Assembly (NCBI GenBank): GCA_964016885.1
Contig: OZ024741.1
Coordinates: 58,404,001-58,468,000, forward strand
Length of the DNA stretch: 64,000 bases
Direction of reading: 5' to 3'
DNA from: Eledone cirrhosa
Lineage: Eukaryota
Positions within the stretch are counted from its first letter, which is position 1; the number at the start of each line of letters is the position of its first letter. The notes beneath the pieces are model-generated. The model was not told where the DNA came from and made no database searches. It saw only the letters and a list, made by a program, of their open reading frames with translations. The translations under genes and the position numbers were made by a program. Shown in pieces: positions 25,498 through 37,996 of the stretch.

Positions 25498-25601
25498 AAT
25501 ACTGTATAAATGAAATTTGGTAGATGAAAACTGAAGAAACCCACTGTGTGAGTGTCTGTTAGTGTGAAGGTGCATGGCTTAGCGGTTAGTGTTTAGATAA
25601 T

Positions 25602-25944
25602 GGAGGCACATGGCTTAGTGGTTAGAGCATTGGCCTTGCAATCGAAAGGTTGTGAGTTCAATTCTCAGACCGGGTGATGTGTTGTTTCCTTGAGCAAGAC
25701 ACTTTATTTCACATTGCTCCAGTTTACTCAGCTGTAGAAATGAGATGATAGGGACTAGGGTCCCTATCATTCCACTGCAAAGTGGTCGTGGAGGTGCCAC
25801 GGCAAAAAAGCACCCAGCACTCACTGTAAATGGTGTTGGTGTTAGGAAGGGCATCCAGCTGTAGAAATCAAGCCAGAATCAGTTCCCGTCCCACCCTTGC
25901 AAGCAGGGAAAAGCGGACGTAAAATGAAATGATGAAATGATGAT
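25602..25944 (+). mobile_element. Young tRNA-derived SINE nested in an older SINE (~25566-26180)
   Basis: A/B boxes, RTE tail, GATAAT duplicated at 25596-25601 and 25945-25950; older SINE head upstream resumes downstream. Confidence 0.9.
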
Positions 25945-28394
25945 GATAATGTCATAAGTTTGATTCAAGGTGGTCCATTGTGTCCTTGAGCAAGACACTT
26001 TATTGTACATTGCTCCAGTCTACTCAGCTGAAGAATTGTAATTCAAACTGCCAGCCTTGTCACATATTGTGTCATGCTGAACCTGTCTCAGAACTATGTT
26101 AAGGGTACATGTGTCTGTAGGATGTTCTGTTGATTGAATAACCTGGAATACTCGCTGTCGGAACTGATAGAGGTTCAATGTCACGTGTGTGTATGTATTT
26201 TCTTGTCTCTGTTTACATTTGTGTTTGTACTTATCTCCTATGAATTAGCAGACAAAAAATAGTTCAATAAAATTAATACTAAAGTTGAAAAAATAAGTAT
26301 TGGGGTCAATATGATTGTCTAAATCAAGGCAGTGCTACCACATGGCTTGAAACCAGTAAAAGAATAAGAAAAATAAAATAATAAACATTGCATATATCTG
26401 TGAGAGACATTTAGCAGAATATTTCCCTTTGAAACTGCTTGGCTGTCACTAAACCAGAATCTGGTGATAGTTGTATATAGATTGTATAGAGTCTTTTGAA
26501 CACTACTTTTGTCTACCATTCACACAGCATGGAACTCTATTGATGTTTGATGATGTTATAATTAGGTGACTAGTTACAGAGTAGTTTGTAAAATCAATGG
26601 AACATGAAACATTCTTAGTGACTCTAGAGATATTAACCCTTTCCTCACCATATTTCTAATGACACTGCCTATGGTTTTCAAGTCATTTTGAAAATAAAGA
26701 ATTTAGTGAAATTTAGAAATATAGCAAACTTTCTCATTATTTAGCTGTGGTTTGGAACATAACTTAATGGAGGTTCTTAGATAAAATTGTTTATTTTCTA
26801 AACTTCCTCTTCAAAGAGATTATCTGCTCATCCTTTTGTGTTTATTTTAGTCTATAAACTATTCTTCAACTCCTTAATGTTATAAATTATTATAAATTCT
26901 GTTCATAGACCCATTAAAAATAATGCTGTTGGATATTCCAATTGTAAATTTTAAAACTTAGCGATCCAGTAAAAATCTTTTTTATAAGTTGTAAAGGCAT
27001 ATGACTAAATCGTTAAGGTGTTAGGCTTTTGATCATAAGGTTGTGGGTCCAATTCCTTGATGGGTGGTTTGTTGTGTTCTTTCTTGAGCAAGATACTTCA
27101 TTTCACATTGCTATTTATGATAGGAGTGGGGCCCCTATCATTAAAGTACACAACATCCTATGAGATGCATGTATTGATGCCAGCTAAACCTGCACAGGTA
27201 TGTGCTGTAATAACTATGCATGCATGATAGAACTGGGACCCCTATCATTAAAAACCCCAAGAAACAACGTATGAGATACAACCTCATCAGTCAGCCAAAC
27301 CTTCTTAGGTTTAAGCTGTAACACTCAAGGAACCTCCCATGAGTTGCAGCCTCATAGGAGGCCAGCTAATCTTGCATAGGTGTGAACAGTAACAACATAT
27401 GTTTGGGGCCACTTTCATTAAAACACCTGAGAAACCCTGTAGAAGGCCAGCTAAGCCTGCATAAGTGTGTGCTGTAACAACATGATACAGACCGGGGCTT
27501 CTTATTAAAACACCCGAGAAACCTTCTATGAAATGCAACCTTGCAGGAGACTAGGTAAACTCCATCGGGGTGAACTATAAATTGCATTTCATATTTTTTA
27601 CAATCTTCCTCTTTAAAGATTTTTATCTCCTCATCCTTTTGTCTTCATTTTAATCTCATCATTTATTTTTCTTTAACACTCTTTGATGTTGCAAATTCTA
27701 TCTGTAAACTCATTAAAAAGAATTGTTGGATATTGCAATTATGATAAATTTTGAAATATAGAAATATTCAGGGGGTGATAACTTAAAAAAAAAAAATTAA
27801 GTTGTATTTCTTATAATATTACAATATAGATTTGATGAAATCTACCAAATTAATTTTATAGCAAAGATTTATAAATAAACATTACTTTAGGAGATAATCA
27901 TTTTTCTGGGTTTTGTTTGAATTTAGAAAAACACACTCTTTAGATATTTATTTTCATTTTCTTTTTTTTTTATTTTATCTGAAATATCAATTTTCAGCAA
28001 GCAAAAAAATAAAAAGATAATAATAAATTTGGTTTTAAAAAATTTATTTTCATTTGTTTTGTTATATTACCTGACATTTTGTTTTTTGTTTTATCAGATA
28101 ATTCTTATCAATAAATTTCACACATTTTGAGAGAAAAAGTGATATATTCTTAATTAATTTTAAAATCTGTGACAAAAGCAGAGCAATGATTATTGGTTTA
28201 TCACTTAAATTTCAATAGTGTGTTTCCTGAATTATCTGAAATTAACATCATTGTACTTGATACTGTCTCCTTAATTTAATTATGATCAACTATTTTACAG
28301 AATTATGTGCATCTAATACCAGTTAGAAACTTTTTGGAATGCTCCCAGGGTTTATATTTATATTTACACTAAGAAAACTTCAGTATTTACAGTG

Positions 28395-28655
28395 CATATT
28401 TCCCTATTATCTTTTTATTTCCTTTTTTCCATACTTGTGGGTTGGACAATTCTTTTTCAACAGAGCATCCCTCCACTTGTTTCTTTGTCATCTTTTCTGT
28501 GCACTTCACTAATTTGAGATTTGATCTCAGCTCTAACCACCACTGCCCAGGTTTTCCTTGATCACAGCTACATTCCACTGGGATTTCCATGCTCTTCTTC
28601 ACCCAACAATCATTATCTACATACATCACATGCCCATACCAGTGCAGTCTTCTCT
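28395..28655 (-). mobile_element. Old RTE 3' fragment; similar relics ~32750-33235 (-), 36280-36630 (-), 55230-55567 (+)
   Basis: Degenerate RLHWYGHVM..D.DCWVKK coding similarity to 45587-45916. Confidence 0.7.
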
Positions 28656-29326
28656 CTTTAGAAATTTTATTTGGAATATATTTTACTTTCTGTCATTCTA
28701 AGTACTATTTTTATACAAGTGAGCCCACACGATCAAAAGTGATAGCATTTGTGAGTGAGCATGTTACTCACACAAACATACAATGTGTGTGTATATAATA
28801 TATATGCAAGTTCACATATGAGCATTTTTGTGCATAAATATATGCTTTGTGTGTATGTGTGTATGCATGCATATTTTATGGATTTGTTAAAGTTTATGCA
28901 CTATAATTTTTTTATTTAAAACATTCATTTCAATTACATTATTAGTTGTTTTTTTGTGTTGCATATGAAATTTCCTGTTTTGGAAAATTTCTTCAGTGAA
29001 TTGCTATTTATATATCAAAACTTCTGTGAAAAGTTTATTTTGAAAAAGAGCTATTTTATTTTCCCTATATAAGCTACATCTATGCTCTTAATACTGTCAT
29101 CATCAACTATATTTTACAGCCTTGAAGGAATATCTTATTTAACTTCTCACTATGGATTTTTCATTGATTTTACATTATGAACGTGTGACTAACATAGCAA
29201 TGATCTCTTCTCTTTTTTTATCTTAATTTCTAAGCCATATATAGTTATATCATGCTTTTTTTAGTTGTTGTTTTTTTATAAGTGCAGAAAGTGAACTGAA
29301 AATGTGCCCCAAAAAACTGTTTTGAC

Positions 29327-29712
29327 CAGTGGATCCCAAACTGTGTGCCTCGGTGTACTGGTGCACTTTGAAAGGGCAAGGTTCTCTTTCAAACTGTAAA
29401 AGATGAAATTGAAATTTGTGATAAAATTCATAGTTAACTGTAAAAGTGGGGAAATAATTAAACTAGGAATGATGCCCCCAAAACCCAATAATAGTAATAA
29501 AGCCCCAATAAGTCCATGGTTCTCATTGATAATTTTCCTCCATTTATTGACTAAAGGAGGAAGTGCATATAATTTTTCTATATTTTTTATTTATCTTTAT
29601 TTCTACTTTATGCCATACTAATATGTATAAATATTTTTGAATACATTTTCGAGTTTAAGTACAAAGTGCATCAAAATATCATACTGTGAGTAAAAATGTA
29701 TTTGAACCACTG
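29327..29712. mobile_element. hAT/Charlie-like MITE
   Basis: CAGTGGATCCCAAA ... TTTGAACCACTG ends with imperfect 8-bp TSD GTTTTGAC/GTGTAGAC. Confidence 0.55.
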
Positions 29713-32700
29713 GTGTAGACATTAACTGGGTATATAGACACACATAAACATTAGAATTGGTTCTTAAATAATAAATCTGAGGAAGATTAAAATTGTATAA
29801 ACTTAACTCCTGTACATGAGACATTAACAAGATTTTCATTAAAAAATGATAGTTTTTTTTCTCCAATATTGAAAATTTTCACAACAATCTGTTCGCCAGT
29901 AAAGATATAATAAACATGTGAATTAGCAAATTCGTTTTTAGGTATTCTCTGTTTAATCATTGCTGTATGCTATGATTCTATATTATTTTTACCATAATTG
30001 ACAGCATGACATTAAATAACCTCTTTAGTATAAATACTGCAAATTTTCACAATGATCTGTTTACTAGTAAAGATATGATTAACATTTTTATTAACAAACC
30101 TGTTTTTAGACATTTTCTGCAAGATCATTACAGGATGTTAAGAATGAAGATACAAAACCAAACAAGCCAGGAGACATTTAATATAATATTATTGTCAGAT
30201 GAAAACTTTGAACATAAAACATCACATAAAGGAACAATTTATATGATAGATATATTTATGATATATTTATTTTATATCATACATGCTGCTTTTTCTAAGT
30301 TTATATGATAGATGTATTTATTGAAATATGTAGTTCTTTGTAAGTGAACCAACAGTATTTTACTGTTTGATAGTGTTTTAATAAAAATGTAATATGGACC
30401 ATTAAAAATTGTATGTGGAGGAAAGGTAAAACCAAAAAAGGACATGGCTGAAGGTAGAGGAGGAAATAAAAGCCAGGGCATTGTTGAGCAGGTCATGCAG
30501 CTAATAGGGTAAAATGGAGAAGCATATCATACCTCCGCCTTCATTTTAGAAAGAAAATGGCCTTAAAACACTTAATTCAGCTCTAAAATTTGTATATGGA
30601 ACGAAGCAGAAGACCAAGAAAGACATGAATAAAGATGGAAGAGGAAATGTAGGCTAGGGTGTTGGTGAAATGGGGACGCAGCCAATAGGTTAAAATGGAG
30701 AAGTTTGTCATCTTTGAATCTGCAAAGAAAATGGCCTTAAAGCATTTGTTGTGTTGGGCTATAAAAATAAAAATGCTCCAACATTAAATTCAAGATGGGA
30801 AAGGTAAAAAATAGAAAACTTTCAATAACCTTAAATGCATTTAACTTTTTGGATACCAAATTGCCTGAAATGACCCCTAATTTTATGATAGAAAACTCTG
30901 TTTTAAAGTATTTATATTTGTCTAAAAATGTTTCATCTTCATTTTTCAGAAGAACCTCTATGTTCCAAACCAGCTTAATAATGAGAAAGTTATATTACTA
31001 AATCTATCTAAATTCTCAATTATTTTCAAAATCAGAAAATCACAGGTAGTGTCTTTCATTAGAAATATGGCAGCGAAAGGGTTAATCCAACAATAATTGA
31101 ATTGAGTATTTTATTATCAAATTTAAAACCATGGATGATTTACTATAAACATACCATTTGATGTAAAATGAATTATTTTTCCAGCATGTTGAAAATATTT
31201 ACATATAAATTCTAAATCATTATATCAAAATATAATAACAGTTATCTTCTATACAATTGCTGTGTTAGATTTCAAATTTAGAATAATACAAAATTGTTTT
31301 CTTTATTTTTATACAATGTAAAATTTAGATTATTACTTTAAACTAAATTACTTCAGTTTTATTCTTGTTTTTTGATTGTGGAATTTATTAATTTCTTTTA
31401 TTTTATCTAAGGTATTTTTTACTTTGACATCATAAATTTTAAAATTTCCATTCTAGAATTGTCTGTGAAGAATTAAAAAATTTATAGCATTTCCTTTGTA
31501 TCTATTTTACAAGTATTTAAGGCCATTTTCCCTGCTAAAACATGGGTTATCCCTGCACACCCCATGACAAGCTTCTTACTTTTTTCCTATCATCTGCATC
31601 TACACTCACGACCCCCCCCCCCCCCCTCGGCTTTCATTTTCTTCATCACCCAAGTCGTATTTTTCTTGGTTTTCCTCTATTTCCACATTCATTTCCATCA
31701 CTCTTCTTTCCTAGTTACTGTCATCCTCCTAACCATCTCATTCCATTTATTTTCACAACAATCATCACTGTCGCTATCCTCATCATCCTCTGTAATTCAA
31801 TGTGTTCCTATCTCTAAACATCACTCCGCTCATCCAGTGAACCATTCTCATTCTCTTCTTCCCAGCCTTCTCTGCTGCTCCACATTTATCATCCATGTCT
31901 CAATCCCATAAATCACGGCACTTCTTGTACATGCAGCATACACCTTGCCATTCTGTTCTTTGCAGCCTTCTGTTGTTCCATGTTCATCACCCATCTCTCA
32001 CTCTCATAAGTCATGGCATTTCTTAAACACACAGCATACTCCTTTTCCAGATAAAATGCACCCACTATGTACTGGGTTCATTTAATTATGACACAACCAG
32101 CAACATTGGGTGCATTTTACTATGGCACCAACATTAGCACTTTATTAAGTGTACTCAGTGCATTTTACTGTAACATCAGCACTGCCAATTTACAGAGTGT
32201 ACTGGTCCATTTTACTGTGACATCAACACTACCACTTTACAGAATGTACGGGTATATTTTATCGTCTTCAGAACAACCACATTACAGAGTGTACTGAGTG
32301 CATTTTCCCAACACTAGGGAACGATTGTCATATCATATAAAACTGAAATCTGAAAATTCCGATGACTCAGTAGGCTAGAAAATATTTAATGTAGAGTTAA
32401 CATAAAATATACTTTCTGTTGTTTTCCTTCAAGACAAAAATATTATTGAATAATGTGCTGCTATAAGATTTTTGACTACAAAATAAATAGCCACTTTTTT
32501 TATTTGAGAATAAATATTTCATTATATATATCATCATCACCATCATCGTTTTAACAGCCTCACATTCTAGCAAGTGCACAGGAGAGGTTGTCATGTCTTT
32601 GACACAACTGGAAGGTCTTCCCAACCTTTTTGCTTGGCATTACAGCATATACTGGGTGCATTTGTCATGTAGATCACTAACACTAGAGAAGTTGTCATAC

Positions 32701-33456
32701 TGTGGCACAACTGAAGGGTCCTCCCAACTATATTGTAAGCTGTAAACCAGATCTTTACTAGCACAGCATAACACCAGCCCTCATGGTCCTTAGTCATTTT
32801 TGTTTTGAGATTTAGTTTTTAAGTTCTGTCTTCACAACCTCATTCCATGCCTTTCTGGGTCTGCTTCTTCCACAGGTCAGAGCCATTGGTGTTTCTCTGC
32901 ATTTCTTTATGCAGCTGTTATCTTCTATGCACTTCACATGTCCATACCAACACAATCTTCTCTCTTGCACACAACATCCAATTCCTCTTATGCCAAGTTT
33001 TCCCTTCAGTTTGTTAATGCTATGTTACTCATGCACACTATCATTACACTACATATCCATCGGGGCATACTTGACTCATTTCTTTGTAGCCTCCGCAGGT
33101 CTTCTGCAGTCAAGGCCTATGTTTCACTGCCATGTAGCATTTCAGTTCATACACAGGCATCATACAGTCTACCCTTCACTCTGAGAGAACAGTCCTTTGT
33201 TGTCAGCAGCCATAATAGATCTTTAAATTTCTAGCCTGCTAGAAATTGGGTAGGCAGAAACTGTTTGGAAATCCCTCTGATGGATTGTACCGTTAATTCA
33301 AAGAGCTAGCCCTGTCGCACACTGTTATGCTGAATCTCTTTGAGAATTACTTTGTGTACACATGCCTATGGAATGCTCAGTCACTTACTTATTAATTTTA
33401 GGAGTAGACTAAAACATTGTCCTTTCCACTATTAATATACACATATATAATATATA

Positions 33457-33495
<39 letters not shown>

Positions 33496-36400
33496 TATTG
33501 CAAAATCAGTTGAGTGTTGAAGTTTTAAATTAAAATGTCTTGCCTCAACTAATGTAGGCATTTATTCAGCATTTTCGATGTAGATAGGCAATTTCTGGGT
33601 AAATTACTTTTCTAATTAAAATGACTGTGTAAATTACTTGCCCATAATATGAAGTTGAAATAATAATGTGAAATATGTTGTACTCCAGGGTATTTTAGTT
33701 ATGTTTTAATAAAAAGAAATACACACTGTGAGAGAGTGAGTTGTATATAGTATGGATATATGTGTAAATATGTTCATGCATATGTCCAAACCTTGCTAGC
33801 AGGGAAAACGGATGTTGAATGATGACAATCTGTCACACACAATTATGTGTGTGTGTATATGTATATATATATATATTTATATTTGTGTGTGTGTGTTTGT
33901 GTTTGTGTACTTTTTAAAGCATAAGCCATCTTCAATACACCTTTGTAAAACAGTCATATTCTGTGTATTAATTAAATACAATGTTTGAATTGTTATTATT
34001 TGTTACACTCGTAACAGTGTTAAAGGATGGTGCTAGTTTTAGTTTCCTAATTTTTCCTAAGTAGAATCACTGTTGCTATGACTTTACTCTTTTGATACCA
34101 AGATGTCTGAAATGACCTAGTTCTTTCAACATCATAATCTGTTTGTTTATCCACAAACTTACCATCATAGTTTTATATAAGAAGCTTTATGGTCCAAACA
34201 CCAGTTTATAATTGAATATTTAATAAATATTTAATAAATCATTCCAAATTCTTGATTACTGAAAATCATAGGCAATGTATTTCAATAGAAATGGTAACAA
34301 AAGTGTTTAAGTGTGTCAGTTGTTGCCTTGATGTCACCTTTAACAACATATAGAGAAAAGAAGAGGGTTAGAAAGGGAAAATTAACATGGGTAGATGTAT
34401 ACATACAGTGAAGTGGCAAGCAGTGATAGATATGAACTAATGCTGGAGAGCCTGTGCATGCACACATGCAGGTATATATCATTGTCATCTGCTGAGAGTT
34501 TGTACAAAGTTTTTTTTCTTTTCTCTCTTTCTTCATTGATGAATGGAATAAACATATGGAATAAACAATTTCTTTTTCCCTTTTTCTCAAATCCCTGCTA
34601 TATTTATAGTGTTTATCCATGAGCAATGTAATGAATTGTTTAGTTAAAATCAAAGCATGGGAATTCATTTATATATTTTTATCAATACATTTATACAGTT
34701 TTATTTATTTACCTACTGTTACCATCAGTATATACTCTCAAAAATACCTGTTATATGACAGGTAAGACTCTAGTGTATATTATATAATGTGCTGAATTGC
34801 ATGATAACTCTGTCAGTTCAAATGTGTGTGTGATGGCAACAGAGAAAAGTGCAAATTATTATGAAAGCTGCTATCATGGTTTAGACAAAGAAAATCAATA
34901 TTGCAAATTATCTGATTAATGGTCAGTTTTACAGATAATTTTGATATAGATTTACTGCAATGTTTTTGTAATAAATAAGTTTGGAAATCTTCAAATAAAT
35001 TAAAAATTTGATAATTGAATTTACAAGATTGACAAAGAAACTTTTTTCTTTTAGTATATATATATATTGTAAAGATCAATATTCAAAACAGTGTTAACTC
35101 TTAATGTCCTGTACAGTAGCAAGATATTCAAAGAAGTTCAAAATAATACAATGACAGCATCACTCTAATACTGCACATTTTCACAATGATTTGTTCACTA
35201 GTACAAATACTATAAACATTTGAATTAGGAAATCTGTTTTTATATAATTTCTTCTAAATTACGTACATATATATATGTGTGCATGTATGTATATATATAT
35301 ATATATATACATACTACTGTATGTCTGCATACATATATGTATGTACGTGTACATACTTACATTATAAAATGTTTAAGTTAAAATGATTTATAGGAACTTC
35401 AGATAAGTAAGTAATTAAATGAAAAGAAAAAAATAGTATTTAGTTTATATGAAGCATTATGGGATATGTACTTTTCTTTTCTATTCTTTCATTGGTTTCA
35501 ATTAGATTGAGGTCATAATAGCATGCTGCCTTAACTCTATATTTACTATTGTATTTTCATGGTAAACACTTTATCTCACATAATTATTTCACATAATATC
35601 AAATCTATGGGATTTTGATATTGTTTATTTCGAGAACAATGCCTTAATGTCAGTATGAGGGGCCAGTTTAAATAGAAAGAGGTGAGAGAATTCTGGCCGG
35701 GTATGGCTGGTTTAAATGCTAAAAGTTTAAAAGGATTTTTAATCAATCTTATCAATCCCACAAGAGAAGATACTTGCACAAGGTGCAACGCGAGGGACTG
35801 AAGACATCCTCGTGATTGTGAAGCAAACACCTTTACCATACTTGCACATATGTAGTCATGATGGGGTTCAGAAAACTGTAAATTAAAATACAAGACTGAA
35901 AACTAGAATAAAGTAAGAAAAATAAAACAACACTTTATATTATCTTTATTTGTGGACAGAATGTTGTGGTAATTTGCTGTATTAGCATAAAGAATGTCTT
36001 GCTAATATGGTTTTGTGTAGTACAGGACATTGAATTAACTTGATTCTGATCTGATTGGTCTAGAAAGGGTTAAGATAGTCCCAGCTGTAGTTATTAGATT
36101 ATGTAAATCATAGTAAACTGATGAGTTTGAGGAGGTTGAAAAAGTGTAAAGGGCTGCTACACCATTTGATATTTTAAATGATTTTTGGTTAAATATCTAA
36201 ATTTCTAGGGTGAATTGTTATTATTAAGAATTATAATCTTTATTTGTGCTATTTTACTTTTGATGTTACCAAATGTAATTTATCATCATCATTGTTTTTA
36301 CATTTCTTTTTTATGCATCCATGGGTTGGTCAGATCCCCCTCAACATGCCACTTGTTGCATTCCTATCTCTTTTGTGAGTTTAGTATTCTCCAATCAATT

Positions 36401-37996
36401 TTCACCATGTCTACTCATATTTTCCTCAATCACACTCTTATGTACTTCTTTCCATTTTGTTTTTCTGGAATGTTTTCATCCAACCAACTGTCATCATTCA
36501 TACACATTAAATATCTGTATGAGTACAATCTTCTCTTTTCTATACAAAATTTGATTCCTCTTATACCTAGTTTTTCCCTCAATTCATTGGTACTTTATTG
36601 TTCGTGTATATTGACTTTGTGGATGCAGTCACTAGTTCCCAGGTTCGATGACACAGCATGCCATTTTGGGTGCCATGGCTTGTAAGTAAAGACAGAACTG
36701 CTTGGAAGCCTGTTGGATAGACTGTACCTCTATTTCAAATTACCAATTTCATCACACACTTTTGTCACCCTGAATTGCCCATTTGTAAATTTGAATTTGC
36801 ACGTCTTCTATTTTTCTTTTGTTTGATTTAAATTTTTTTTTTTTTTGCAATTCTTGCATTTTGAAATCGTGCATTGAAACAGATATTGTTTATACTTTGG
36901 GAGAGTCATGTTGCCAATAACATACGCAGCAATTAAGTTTGACTTCAGTTTTTATTATTAATCAGGTAACTAATCCATTCATCATTTGGTTTAGTAACTG
37001 GATGGCTATCTAATTGTCATCAAACATTCCATGAGCTTCTCAATGGCTATTTTGGTCATCTGAGTCACCTCATCATGTTGATTTTGTTCTAATTACTCCA
37101 TCTTGTCTTTCTGTGGTAATTTTGTTTATTTTTTTCAATCTGATAGATTGATGATGATATTACTGTAAATGGATTTGAAACATCCTATAGAAAGAAGTGT
37201 TTTGATTATTTTAGATTTATCATTTTACTACTATTCAAATTCATATTTAATTTTTGATTGTATTCCTGAAAATTCTGATTGCTCTGCATCATACCTGACA
37301 ACATGGAATGAAAAGCAAAAAATCAAAATAAAGAATTAATCTCTTAGTAATCAATCTATTTTTTATCTATCTAACAAGAAAGAGCAACATTTCTCTCCTT
37401 ACTCGAAAGTGCTGAACAATATTTCCATTAATTTCAGAAGTACTTTCTAGTATTATCTGAAGTTCAATTTTGAAGAAGCAAAAAAATATATGATGATTTT
37501 CTTGTATTTTATTTCAAAATTTTCAGTTATGGATGTCTAACATCTAACATACATATTTCATGGAATTAATTCAAGGATTTGCTTCAAGAAATTTAAAACA
37601 TAATCAATATATTTTAAGGGGACTTTATTCAATTTGATTTTTGTTGTTGTTATTTTCCATATTTTCCTAAACATTATTTATGCTGAAAAACTCTTCATAT
37701 TACTTTTTTTTCAAGTCCAAGCTTAATAGCATGTTTTTAAAATATGTATGTAAAAAAAAAATTAATATCTTTAAAAGATTTTGCTTAAAGATACTTTTGC
37801 TCTGAAAGTATTAATTTAATTTCTGCAAATTGACTTAGAAAATCACTTGCCATATCTTTTCATGTATAATATGATAAATTTTAAACTAAAATTAAAAGCA
37901 AAAAAGTGGGTTTATATTATACTTGAGTACATGTTTCCAGAAATTTTTACTGAGCTAAAAGAATATTCATTTTAAATGGCAAGAATGCAAATACAC

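Noticed and set aside
25498-25575. N-terminus of the 765-aa ORF as listed in the track
   Set aside because: Lies outside the LINE, in flanking SINE sequence; fortuitous read-through.
25602-25675. tRNA gene
   Set aside because: A/B boxes are present but continue into a SINE body and LINE tail; multiple dispersed copies; no convincing acceptor stem.
36780-37700. Possible decayed transposase region (also ~2640-2960, ~47270-47520, ~49000-49410)
   Set aside because: Looks coding-like but I could not assign motifs by eye; needs a translated search against TE libraries.
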